DNA from: Spirochaetota bacterium
Lineage (GTDB): Bacteria; Spirochaetota; UBA4802; JAFGJZ01
Reading direction: 5' to 3'
Assembly (NCBI GenBank): GCA_035447445.1
Contig: DAOTGZ010000002.1
Coordinates: 1-42,885 of the forward strand
DNA: 42,885 bases
Position 1 is the stretch's first letter. The number at the start of each line of letters is the position of its first letter. Positions 26,623 through 34,958 of the stretch are shown here, piece after piece. A program made the position numbers and the translations under genes. The notes below the pieces were generated by a model. The model saw only the letters and a list, made by a program, of their open reading frames with translations, was not told where the DNA came from and ran no database searches.

Positions 26623-28698
26623 ATGTGGAATCGTATTAATTTCTTACTCGAGATAGGTTCGGAAGAAATTCCTGCCGGTTATATATCGCCTGCCTGCCAA
26701 GTGTACAGCGATTTGTTTGAAAAAAAGTTTAATGATGCTTCAATAAAATTTGGTGCGATTCATACATTTGCTACTCCAAGAAGAATGGTTATAGCCATTG
26801 AAGAGCTAGCAGATAAGCAGTTAAGCGAAACTGTTGAGGTGCGTGGGCCGGCCGTAGAAAAGGCTTTTGATGATAACGGTAAACCTACAAAAGCCTTGGA
26901 AGGTTTCTTAAAAGCTAGCGGTGCGACAATTGATGATATTGACAAACGTGATACCGGTAAAGGTATCTATGTGTTTGTAAATAAAACAACTCAGGCTGGA
27001 AAGACTGTTGATTTATTGCCGTCAATGATTGAAGAAATTATTGGTTCTGCAAATTTTCCAAAAAAGATGAAATGGAGCAATAAGTCAATATCTTACCCTC
27101 GACCTTTGCGATACCTGCTTACACTATTTAATGATAAATGTGTTGAATACTCAATTGACGGTATAAATTCTAATAATAAGACCCGTGGACACTATATTCA
27201 GCATAATGGAATGATAGAGGTTGCATCGATAGCTGGATATCCTGATCTGTTGAAGAAAAACGGAGTTATTCTTGATCAGCAAGAACGTAAACAGATCATA
27301 AAAAATGCTTTAGTAGACACAGCGAAATCTTTGGATGCTGTGCTGATAGAAGATGAAGAACTCTTCGAGACAGTAACATATTTAGTTGAAGATGTGAATA
27401 TAGTTGTTTGTTCTTTTGATAAAGAATTTTTACAAATTCCAGATATAGTTTTGATAGCAGAGATGAAAGAACATCAAAAGTATTTTGCTTTAAGACAGAA
27501 AGATGGATCTTTGCTCAACCGATTTTGTGTTGTAAGTAATAATCCCGCAACGGATTTTGTTAAAGAAGGTAATGAGCGTGTAATTGCAGCCCGATTTAGT
27601 GATGCTGAATTTTTTTACAAAGAAGACCGTAAGCATAAACTTGCAGACAAGGTAGATATGTTAAAGAGTGTTCTGTTTCATAAAGACCTCGGTTCTGTAT
27701 ATGATAAGGTTGAACGTGTTAGAGCTGTTTCTCGAGAGTTTGTTAAGCGATTGAAAATTGACAATAATATAGCCGGTAAGATTGATAGGGCGGTTACGCT
27801 TTGTAAAGCAGATCTTAATACCTCTATGGTTTTCGAATTTACCTCTCTACAGGGTAAAATTGGAGCTATTTATGCCTTGTTGGATGGTGAAGATTTTGAT
27901 GTGGCTTCTGCGATTGATAATCATTACAGGCCTCGCTTTCAAGGGGATGAAAAACCTTCTGATATAATATCGTGTGTGTTATCTCTTTCCGAGAAAGTTG
28001 ATAATCTTTTTGGTGCCTGGTCGGTTGGTAATGTGCCTAAAGGATCGCAGGATCCATATGCATTGCGCCGACAGGCTTATGCTATAGTAGATCTTTTGAT
28101 TTACAATAAGATAAATATTGATTTAAATAATCTTTTTGAAGTGGTTGCTTTAAATTATAAAGATGGCGCCCAGTTAATTGAGCCAATACTGGATTTTATT
28201 TCTGTAAGAGCCAAAACTCGTTTTCAGGAAGATAACATTCAGTATGATGAAATAGACGCTGTTTTAACTACAGGCTCGCGGGATTATTATGAATTGTATA
28301 ATAGAGCAGCCAGTATTCATGAATTTCGTTCCAGAAATGATTTTTCAAAGATGCTTGCCAGTTTCAAAAGAATGAATAATATTATTACGTCATATTTAAA
28401 AAAGAACAAGGATTATCAATTTGGTTTCGACAGAAATAAATGTTCGACAAGACAAGAGACAGCGTTAGTTGATTATTTTCTGGATAAGAAAGATGTTATA
28501 TCAGATTTATCTTCAAAACATGAGTATACTAAGATATTTGAATTACTGATAGGTGCTGCGGGAATTATTGATGATTTTTTTGATAACGTCATGGTAATTG
28601 ATGAAGATCCGGTAAAAAGGGATTTGCGACTTGGCTTATTAAACGAAATTTTAATGCTATTTTCTGCATTTATTGATTTTTCGCGAATATCAGATTAA
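26623..28698 (+). CDS. glyS: glycine--tRNA ligase beta subunit
   Basis: 691-aa ORF with the N-terminal LLEIGSEEIPA motif and a central HQKYF motif. Length and architecture are typical of GlyS. Confidence 0.93.
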   Translation: MWNRINFLLEIGSEEIPAGYISPACQVYSDLFEKKFNDASIKFGAIHTFATPRRMVIAIEELADKQLSETVEVRGPAVEKAFDDNGKPTKALEGFLKASGATIDDIDKRDTGKGIYVFVNKTTQAGKTVDLLPSMIEEIIGSANFPKKMKWSNKSISYPRPLRYLLTLFNDKCVEYSIDGINSNNKTRGHYIQHNGMIEVASIAGYPDLLKKNGVILDQQERKQIIKNALVDTAKSLDAVLIEDEELFETVTYLVEDVNIVVCSFDKEFLQIPDIVLIAEMKEHQKYFALRQKDGSLLNRFCVVSNNPATDFVKEGNERVIAARFSDAEFFYKEDRKHKLADKVDMLKSVLFHKDLGSVYDKVERVRAVSREFVKRLKIDNNIAGKIDRAVTLCKADLNTSMVFEFTSLQGKIGAIYALLDGEDFDVASAIDNHYRPRFQGDEKPSDIISCVLSLSEKVDNLFGAWSVGNVPKGSQDPYALRRQAYAIVDLLIYNKINIDLNNLFEVVALNYKDGAQLIEPILDFISVRAKTRFQEDNIQYDEIDAVLTTGSRDYYELYNRAASIHEFRSRNDFSKMLASFKRMNNIITSYLKKNKDYQFGFDRNKCSTRQETALVDYFLDKKDVISDLSSKHEYTKIFELLIGAAGIIDDFFDNVMVIDEDPVKRDLRLGLLNEILMLFSAFIDFSRISD

Positions 28699-28702
28699 TT
28701 CT

Positions 28703-29236
28703 GTGACAACAGATAATAATTTAAATGGTAGAGTTCATGCTTATGTAGGTAATGGCAAGGGTAAAACTACTGCCGCCTGTGGTTTAATGATGAGAACTGC
28801 CGGTTATGGCAAATTAGCTGTGATGGTACAGTTTTTGAAAAAAAGACAAACCGGTGAGTCCATGTTTGCCGGCTGGACAAATAATATAGTTATACGTCAG
28901 TTTGGAACTGAAGATTTTTATCGGCCAGGTAAGTCTGATATATTGCTTTACAGAAGATTATGTAGGCAAGGGCTTGATTTCGCTATTGAGAAGGCTGTAG
29001 ATGCTTCTTTGATAGTTCTTGATGAGGTGTTAGATGCTGTCGATTACGGGCTTATTGTGATAGATGATCTTTTTTATTTACTTCATGATTGTACCTTAAA
29101 TGGGACAGAGATTATTCTTACCGGACGTAAGGTTGACGATACATTGGCAAATCATTGTGATTTAATAACTGAAATGACAAGTGTGCGTCACTACTATGAT
29201 AAGGGTATAAGTGCTCGAGAGGGCGTGGAGTTCTAA
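28703..29236 (+). CDS. cob(I)yrinic acid a,c-diamide / corrinoid adenosyltransferase family (CobA/CobO/BtuR-like) P-loop protein
   Basis: Motifs are VGNGKGKTTAACGLMMRTAGYG..V..VQFLK, LDEV, LTGR and TEM..VRH....G..AREG.EF. A GTG 28703 start just after the glyS stop is more plausible than the overlapping 28673. Confidence 0.8.
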   Translation: MTTDNNLNGRVHAYVGNGKGKTTAACGLMMRTAGYGKLAVMVQFLKKRQTGESMFAGWTNNIVIRQFGTEDFYRPGKSDILLYRRLCRQGLDFAIEKAVDASLIVLDEVLDAVDYGLIVIDDLFYLLHDCTLNGTEIILTGRKVDDTLANHCDLITEMTSVRHYYDKGISAREGVEF

Positions 29237-30219
29237 TGCGGCTGCTTTTGGTTGAAAATGAGTTTAGTGAGTTGTCTTCATTCTTGAATACGCATGGTTA
29301 TGGGGTTGAGAGGACTTCTGCTTCTTCATTTTTTGATATGCTTAAGGTGAGACAAGATTTTAACTTTATTGTATTGTACATGGAGGAATGTGATAAGGAG
29401 ACTGCTTCATTAATTATCTCTTATTGTTTGAATAATTCATTATGCTTTGTTGTTGTCTCTTCTGTTTTCACAGATGAATTAGCTTCATGGTTAAAGGAAC
29501 ATGGTGTAGCCAGGTTTGTAACTGTTGACGAAATTTTCAGGAATTCGCAAATTTTTCGTTTTGTTTTGGCATACGATGATATTGAGCAGTTAAGAATAGT
29601 ACATCTTGGTTCTGATCTTGCCAGTCACCGGATAATAGAATCTATAAGCAATAGTTATGGAGTTTATTACCTTTGGGTAAATGACGAGAAGTCACTAATC
29701 GATAATGTAGATTGTTCTACTGATATGGTTTTATTGGATATTGGCTGTGTGGATTTTGACACACAGCATTTTTTGCACAAGGCTTTGTATAATCGTGATT
29801 TTCTTAAGACAATATGTGTACCATTCTCTTTTAACGGAGATATATCAATTACTGATATCAACTGCGGTTTAAACAGGTTAGCCAAAGTTTTCCTTAATCT
29901 TGATGAGTTGTTGGGATTTCTTGCAAGATATTATCATGAACGAGAACTTGTTTGCGCTATGCATGCACTGAAAGAGTTTGTACAGAAGTATTGCGAAGAT
30001 GGTTGTCTGTCAAAGAGTTCTCTTCAAGTTTATCATGAAAAGGGTGATTCTTTTTTCGAACATTTTTTGCCAGATGATGACTATTTTGAAGGTATGCGCG
30101 AACGATCGCAACGCTTGAACGCCGTTGGTTATAAATCCAGCATGTTTAGATGGCTTCTTTCAGGTTGGAGCCGTGGAAAAAACGGATCTCAAAATGTTTA
30201 TATGCAGATTCGTGATTAG
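29236..30219 (+). CDS. orphan protein with two receiver-like (CheY-fold) modules and an unknown C-terminal region
   Basis: 327-aa ORF with a TAATG overlap to the upstream gene. Module 1 reads MRLLLVENE...FIVLYME...FVVVSS and lacks the acceptor Asp. Module 2 reads LRIVHLGSD...DMVLLDIG...ICVPFS...LAKVF and keeps Asp and Lys at the expected positions. Confidence 0.5.
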   Translation: MRLLLVENEFSELSSFLNTHGYGVERTSASSFFDMLKVRQDFNFIVLYMEECDKETASLIISYCLNNSLCFVVVSSVFTDELASWLKEHGVARFVTVDEIFRNSQIFRFVLAYDDIEQLRIVHLGSDLASHRIIESISNSYGVYYLWVNDEKSLIDNVDCSTDMVLLDIGCVDFDTQHFLHKALYNRDFLKTICVPFSFNGDISITDINCGLNRLAKVFLNLDELLGFLARYYHERELVCAMHALKEFVQKYCEDGCLSKSSLQVYHEKGDSFFEHFLPDDDYFEGMRERSQRLNAVGYKSSMFRWLLSGWSRGKNGSQNVYMQIRD

Positions 30220-30242
30220 TTGAACGATAAGTATGATTTTTC

Positions 30243-30271
30243 TTGACGTTGCCGGTTCGCAGGATTACAAT
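30243..30271 (+). promoter_or_regulatory. near-consensus sigma70 promoter
   Basis: TTGACG-17 nt-TACAAT, 40 nt upstream of the TTG start at 30311, which has AAGGA 7 nt upstream. Confidence 0.6.
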
Positions 30272-30310
30272 AATAATTATAGTATAAATTGGTTTTAAAA
30301 GGAATATATT

Positions 30311-30574
30311 TTGAAGGTTGGTGAGTTCTTACTTGAAAATGGTCTGATAAATTCTGATCAACTTGATGAGGCGTTGCTTCTTCAGAAAGATAACCCTGAC
30401 CGGGTTATCGGTGAGATTCTGGTTACTATGGGTGTTTTTTCGAAAGAAGAGCTGATAATGGCTATGGAGATGTATATGGTCAGTACCGGTTTTGATCTCA
30501 ATTTTATTGATGAGTGGCTTGATCAAGACGAGATTGATCTGCTTTCGGAAAAGATTGATAAACAGAAAATGTAA
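30311..30574 (+). CDS. stand-alone T2SSE_N / MshEN-like domain protein
   Basis: 87-aa ORF. KVGEFLLENGLINSDQLDEALLLQ matches the MshEN motif RLGxx(L/V/I)(L/V/I)xxG(L/V/I)(L/V/I)xxxxLxxxLxxQ except R->K and L->V. A second, looser copy is VIGEILVTMGVFSKEELIMAMEMY. Confidence 0.7.
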   Translation: MKVGEFLLENGLINSDQLDEALLLQKDNPDRVIGEILVTMGVFSKEELIMAMEMYMVSTGFDLNFIDEWLDQDEIDLLSEKIDKQKM

Positions 30575-30645
30575 AAAAAAAAAGATTACAGCTATAAAAA
30601 ATAAAGTTATTGACAGATAGAGTGCGATTTCTGATAGTTATTCGC

Positions 30646-31062
30646 ATGATAGAATATGAAGATAAGACCTGCTTTGGCTGTGGCGAGGGAAACCCGCGTG
30701 GCCTGCAATTAAAATTAAAATATGATCCTGATACCAAGACTGCTTATGGTGAGTATACTGCTGGTCAGGATCTTGAAGGCCCTCCAAATATTATTCATGC
30801 CGGTATTCTAGCGGCTATTCTTGATGAGACCATGATTATGGTGAACAAGAATATGGAAGTTGTTGCATTAACAGGAGAAATAACTGTTCGCTATTTACAG
30901 CCAGCTTTCATCGAGGAGAATCTTTATATTCGAGGATGGCACGTGAAAAAGAATAAACGTGTTATCGAAAATCGTGCTGAAATTGAAAATGAGATGGGAA
31001 AGATTGTGGCACGAGCTAAAGGCAAGTATCTTGAGGTCGACGAAATACCTCAGCCTGAATAA
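30646..31062 (+). CDS. PaaI/4HBT-type hotdog-fold thioesterase
   Basis: The CFGCGEGNPRGLQLKL start and the HAGILAAILDETM helix are typical of PaaI-family thioesterases. ATG 30646 is preferred over TTG 30610. Confidence 0.75.
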   Translation: MIEYEDKTCFGCGEGNPRGLQLKLKYDPDTKTAYGEYTAGQDLEGPPNIIHAGILAAILDETMIMVNKNMEVVALTGEITVRYLQPAFIEENLYIRGWHVKKNKRVIENRAEIENEMGKIVARAKGKYLEVDEIPQPE

Positions 31063-31066
31063 ATTG

Positions 31067-31150
31067 GCCGAAGTGGTGGAATTGGTAGACGCAGCGGACT
31101 CAAAATCCGCCGGAGGCAACTCTGTGGGGGTTCAAGTCCCCCCTTCGGCA
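31067..31150 (+). tRNA. tRNA-Leu (anticodon CAA)
   Basis: Hand-folded cloverleaf. The acceptor is GCCGAAG/CTTCGGC plus discriminator A. The anticodon stem GCGGA/TCCGC carries loop CT-CAA-AA. There is a long variable arm (CGGAG..CTCTG) and a T-arm GGGGG-TTCAAGT-CCCCC. CCA is not encoded. Confidence 0.93.
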
Positions 31151-31172
31151 ATAGTGATCTTAAAACAAAAAA

Positions 31173-31196
31173 GCCGTCTTGCAGACGGTTTTTTTA
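31173..31196 (+). terminator. rho-independent terminator after tRNA-Leu
   Basis: GCCGTCT-TGC-AGACGG(T) hairpin followed by TTTTTTT. Confidence 0.8.
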
Positions 31197-31305
31197 TGTT
31201 TAAATAAAGTCTTTAAAAGGTGCTTGCATATATACGTAACTATTATGTTTTGTGGTTATCTTAACAGAAGTGTTTAAGTGAATAAATTAAATATTTGAGG
31301 TATCT

Positions 31306-32829
31306 ATGTCAGTATCGTCTTCAGATAATCAGAAAAAATTTGATGAATTTTTTCAAAGCATGGAGCAGGATATTTTTGCAAATGCGAATAGTGTACAAAA
31401 AGACGAGGGTAAACCTGTAAAGGAAACCGAATTTAGCTTTGATTTAAAACCAGAAGAGCTAGAGACGTATCTTAATAAATATGTTGTTGGACAACAAAAT
31501 TCCATTGAAGTTATTGCTACAAAGGTATGTACTCATTTTAACAGGATGAAACTCGAAAAAGAACTTTCGGACGATGAAAGGGTTACAGGCTCGATCAAGA
31601 GTAATATTTTGCTGATTGGACCTACCGGAGTCGGTAAAACATATATAATAAAACTCATAGCGGATAAGATAGGTGTTCCTTTTGTAAAGGCCGATGCGAC
31701 TAAATTCAGTGAAACTGGTTATGTTGGTGGTGATGTAGAGGATCTTGTGCGTGAACTTGTTCATGAAGCAGATGAGGATATTTCCAAAGCGGAATACGGA
31801 ATAATATATCTTGATGAGATTGATAAAATTGCTTCTTCTTCGAGTGGGAATGGAATTGATGTTTCGAGGTCTGGTGTTCAGCGCAATCTTTTGAAATTAA
31901 TGGAAGAGGCTGATGTCGATTTAAAAACTCCTCACGATCTTGCATCACAGGTAGAAGCCGCTATGGAGGCACAGCGAACAGGACATGTTAAGAGAAAAAA
32001 AATTAATACGCGCAATATTCTTTTTATATGTTCGGGAGCTTTTTCAGGATTACAGGACATAATTAAAAAAAGAATGAACCTTCAGGCTATAGGTTTTGAT
32101 AGCGGAAATAGTGATAAGAAAGCATTTTTAGAAACGGAAATACTGGCTGAAACACGAACTGAAGATCTTCTTGAGTACGGGTTCGAGTCAGAATTTATTG
32201 GGCGTTTGCCTGTAACCGTTGTTTTGAACGATGTTAACGAAGATGTATTGTATCAGATTCTTAAAAATCGTTACAGTACGGTAGTTAATGGCAAAAAACT
32301 CGATTTTCTGGCTTACGGTATTAGGCTCTTCTTCGAAGATGAGGCTTTGCGTATATTGGCAAAGAGGGCAGCTTCGGAACATACTGGGGCAAGAGGTTTG
32401 CTTAGCGTATTTGAAAAAGTTTTGATTAAGTATGAAAAAATAATGCCGTCACTTCATTATGAAGAGCTTGTCGTTGATGCTGATCTGGTGAATAATCCGG
32501 AAAAGAAGCTAAAAGAGCTATTGTTAAATGACAATATAAAGGGATTTCAGTCTGATTTTTTGGCAGCTCATGGAATATATCTGGATTTTTCGGATGAGGC
32601 AATGGAGCTTATACAACAAAGGGCTTCGGTTGAACACAAAAGTTTTAAAGCAATATGTGAGGATCTTTTTCGCGATTATGCTTATGCCATTAAATTATTA
32701 AAACGGGAGCAGTTTACAATTACTGCGGAGGCGGTACAAGATTCCGCAGGTTATATTGAAAAATATATAAAAGATAACTATAAAAAGAGTTCAGGGAATG
32801 CATCACAGGATGATACTGATTTTGTTTAA
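31306..32829 (+). CDS. ClpX-like AAA+ unfoldase paralogue lacking the N-terminal zinc-binding domain
   Basis: It has Walker A GPTGVGKT, the pore loop ETGYVGGDVE, Walker B GIIYLDEIDKIA, an IGF tripeptide (LQAIGFDS), EFIGRLPV and sensor-2 TGARGL. No Cys4 N-domain is present. There is an extra C-terminal segment of about 100 aa. Confidence 0.85.
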   Translation: MSVSSSDNQKKFDEFFQSMEQDIFANANSVQKDEGKPVKETEFSFDLKPEELETYLNKYVVGQQNSIEVIATKVCTHFNRMKLEKELSDDERVTGSIKSNILLIGPTGVGKTYIIKLIADKIGVPFVKADATKFSETGYVGGDVEDLVRELVHEADEDISKAEYGIIYLDEIDKIASSSSGNGIDVSRSGVQRNLLKLMEEADVDLKTPHDLASQVEAAMEAQRTGHVKRKKINTRNILFICSGAFSGLQDIIKKRMNLQAIGFDSGNSDKKAFLETEILAETRTEDLLEYGFESEFIGRLPVTVVLNDVNEDVLYQILKNRYSTVVNGKKLDFLAYGIRLFFEDEALRILAKRAASEHTGARGLLSVFEKVLIKYEKIMPSLHYEELVVDADLVNNPEKKLKELLLNDNIKGFQSDFLAAHGIYLDFSDEAMELIQQRASVEHKSFKAICEDLFRDYAYAIKLLKREQFTITAEAVQDSAGYIEKYIKDNYKKSSGNASQDDTDFV

Positions 32830-32883
32830 GATAACGCATTAAGCTGTTTGGAATATCAGTAAATATGGGCAAATAAAGTTAAA

Positions 32884-33333
32884 CTATTCGATATATTTAC
32901 CTAGTTCCTCGGCGTAAGCGGTACTGTTTTTTATAAAGTCAGTTTCCCAAGCCGAAATAAATACTGAAAAGGATTCTTTGTAATATGGGAGTGGATAGCA
33001 TGCTGTTATTACAAGGTCGTTTTGCGAGTCAATTGTGTATTTTGAGACTATCGAACTGATATTTATTCTATTTACAAGTTCAAGATAAGCCGTCTTTTGT
33101 GATAAAGAATTTTTTTTGTGTTTAAACCAAGCACGAAGCACTATTCCTCCACGTGTTTGAATTATATCAAAACCGGGTTTGGTCGGGTGCTTTACTATTA
33201 TAGTACCATTGTTGATTTTAGCAAGATAGCCAAGATATGACAGATGGTCGATGATTTTTTTATGGACTACCGATTGTTCAGCAGCATTGATATTTAAGCA
33301 GACTATGAATATTGCAATAGTCAGTTTTTTCAT
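32884..33333 (-). CDS. secreted hypothetical protein (possibly YbjN-like fold)
   Basis: The ORF has signal peptide MKKLTIAIFIVCLNINA. GGGAGA lies 5 nt upstream of ATG 33333, which I prefer over the TTG at 33348. The family call is weak. Confidence 0.5.
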   Translation of the reverse strand: MKKLTIAIFIVCLNINAAEQSVVHKKIIDHLSYLGYLAKINNGTIIVKHPTKPGFDIIQTRGGIVLRAWFKHKKNSLSQKTAYLELVNRINISSIVSKYTIDSQNDLVITACYPLPYYKESFSVFISAWETDFIKNSTAYAEELGKYIE

Positions 33334-33460
33334 GTTTTCTCCCAACAAATTAAGGCTATGGATTATGTTAATGGAGTGATTATTTTTGTAAACGTAAAAT
33401 AAATAAAAATTTCAGATAATGCTTAATTGTATGTCTGTTAAAACTGTATTTGAGGTTTTT

Positions 33461-34504
33461 ATGTTCGGTTCTTATAAAAAGATAGTATTTCTTGTTTTTC
33501 TTGTTACTATTTCAAGTTTGTCCTCACAGGAAAAATCTGTTGATCGACCTAGATTGATAGATAAAACATCTTTAAAAGCTCCAGCTTCTTTTACTAAACA
33601 ATCAGTAAAATCAGCGGTTTTTGATATTCACATGGCAAGAGTGACTCTTTGTAGCCGCTCTTTTGAACAGGGAGATTTGGCATATCTTGAAATAGTACCT
33701 CAGGATGAGTCTAATCTTGATAGTATAAAGATAACATATTATGGTAAAAAAAAGAGTAAACGAACTATTGCATATATTCCGGTAACACGATTGAAATGGG
33801 GGTATCGTGCTTTTATTCCGTTGGATCCCGACTCGGATCCTGGTAAACACACGGTTTCTCTTTACTATAAAGCAAATGGGCGTGAAGTCCAGAAAAATCT
33901 TGTGTTTAAGGTTTTAAAACGTAATTTTGAGAAAAGTACTTACCCGTTATATTTTAAAGGTTATTCAACTGCTGGGAAATTAAAACCCGAGACTAAAAAA
34001 TTTATCGAAGAATCCAGAATAAAAAAAGATAAGGCTTTCGCGTCAAGAGAAGATGACTATATAAATAACAGTCTGTCGCATCCGAGAGACATGCATTATA
34101 TAACATCATCTTTTTGGGCAAAACGAACATATAAAAGATACAGAAGACTTAAAAACGGTAAGCGAAAGCGGTTAAAGGATACTGTAAAAATTCATAGGGG
34201 CATTGACTTAAGAGGAAAAAGGGGGACTCCTGTTTACGCAATGGCTCGAGGCAAGATAGTGCTCGCGGATAAGCTCTATTATGAGGGTAATATGGTAATT
34301 ATTGACCATGGTAACCGGATATTTTCTTATTACATGCATCTTGACAGTTTCAGTGTAAACGAGGGTGATATTGTTTCCTCGGGTTGTGAGTTAGGGACGG
34401 TGGGATCAACTGGAAGATCGACTGCTCCGCATCTTCATGTCTCTTTGGTGGTTGCCGGTGTGCAGGTAGATCCTCTTTCGCTTCTAGTTTTGCCTATTAG
34501 ATGA
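33461..34504 (+). CDS. M23 metallopeptidase with signal peptide
   Basis: M23 motifs are HRGIDL and APHLHVSL. The N-terminal signal-like segment follows ATG 33461 (GAGG upstream). The ORF track start at 33419 is less likely. Confidence 0.82.
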   Translation: MFGSYKKIVFLVFLVTISSLSSQEKSVDRPRLIDKTSLKAPASFTKQSVKSAVFDIHMARVTLCSRSFEQGDLAYLEIVPQDESNLDSIKITYYGKKKSKRTIAYIPVTRLKWGYRAFIPLDPDSDPGKHTVSLYYKANGREVQKNLVFKVLKRNFEKSTYPLYFKGYSTAGKLKPETKKFIEESRIKKDKAFASREDDYINNSLSHPRDMHYITSSFWAKRTYKRYRRLKNGKRKRLKDTVKIHRGIDLRGKRGTPVYAMARGKIVLADKLYYEGNMVIIDHGNRIFSYYMHLDSFSVNEGDIVSSGCELGTVGSTGRSTAPHLHVSLVVAGVQVDPLSLLVLPIR

Positions 34505-34661
34505 TTCATTATGTGTTGTTGTTTTAAAAATTAAAATCTTTATGGCAAAAATATTTTTTTAAAAGAAGGATTTTAAGATATTACAGTATAAAATAGACTT
34601 TATAGAATTTATAATGTTTGATATAATGACTCTGTTTTGCATTTTAGGAGGAAAACAAAGG

Positions 34662-34958
34662 ATGAAATTTGATAACTTTACTCGTGTAGAAGGCGATTCT
34701 TGCGGAACAATTCAGCTGTTTGGACTATCAACCTGTATTTGGTGCAAGAAGACTAAAGAATATCTGAATAGTAAGGGTATTGAGTACTACTATGTTTTTG
34801 TTGATTTATTGAATGAGAGTGAAAAAGAAGAAGCTAAAAAACTGATTAAAAAATGGAATAATGATATTTCATATCCAACGATAATAATAAATGAAAGTCG
34901 TTCAGTTATCGGATTTGATGAAGATGAGATAGACCGGGAGATTGCACGCAATGAGTAA
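34662..34958 (+). CDS. glutaredoxin-like (NrdH/YruB-type) small redox protein
   Basis: It has the CxxC motif STCIWCKK in a Grx-like context (IQLFGLSTCIWCKKTKEYLNSKGIEYYYV.VD) and the cis-Pro region SYPTIII. AGGAGG precedes ATG 34662. Confidence 0.78.
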   Translation: MKFDNFTRVEGDSCGTIQLFGLSTCIWCKKTKEYLNSKGIEYYYVFVDLLNESEKEEAKKLIKKWNNDISYPTIIINESRSVIGFDEDEIDREIARNE

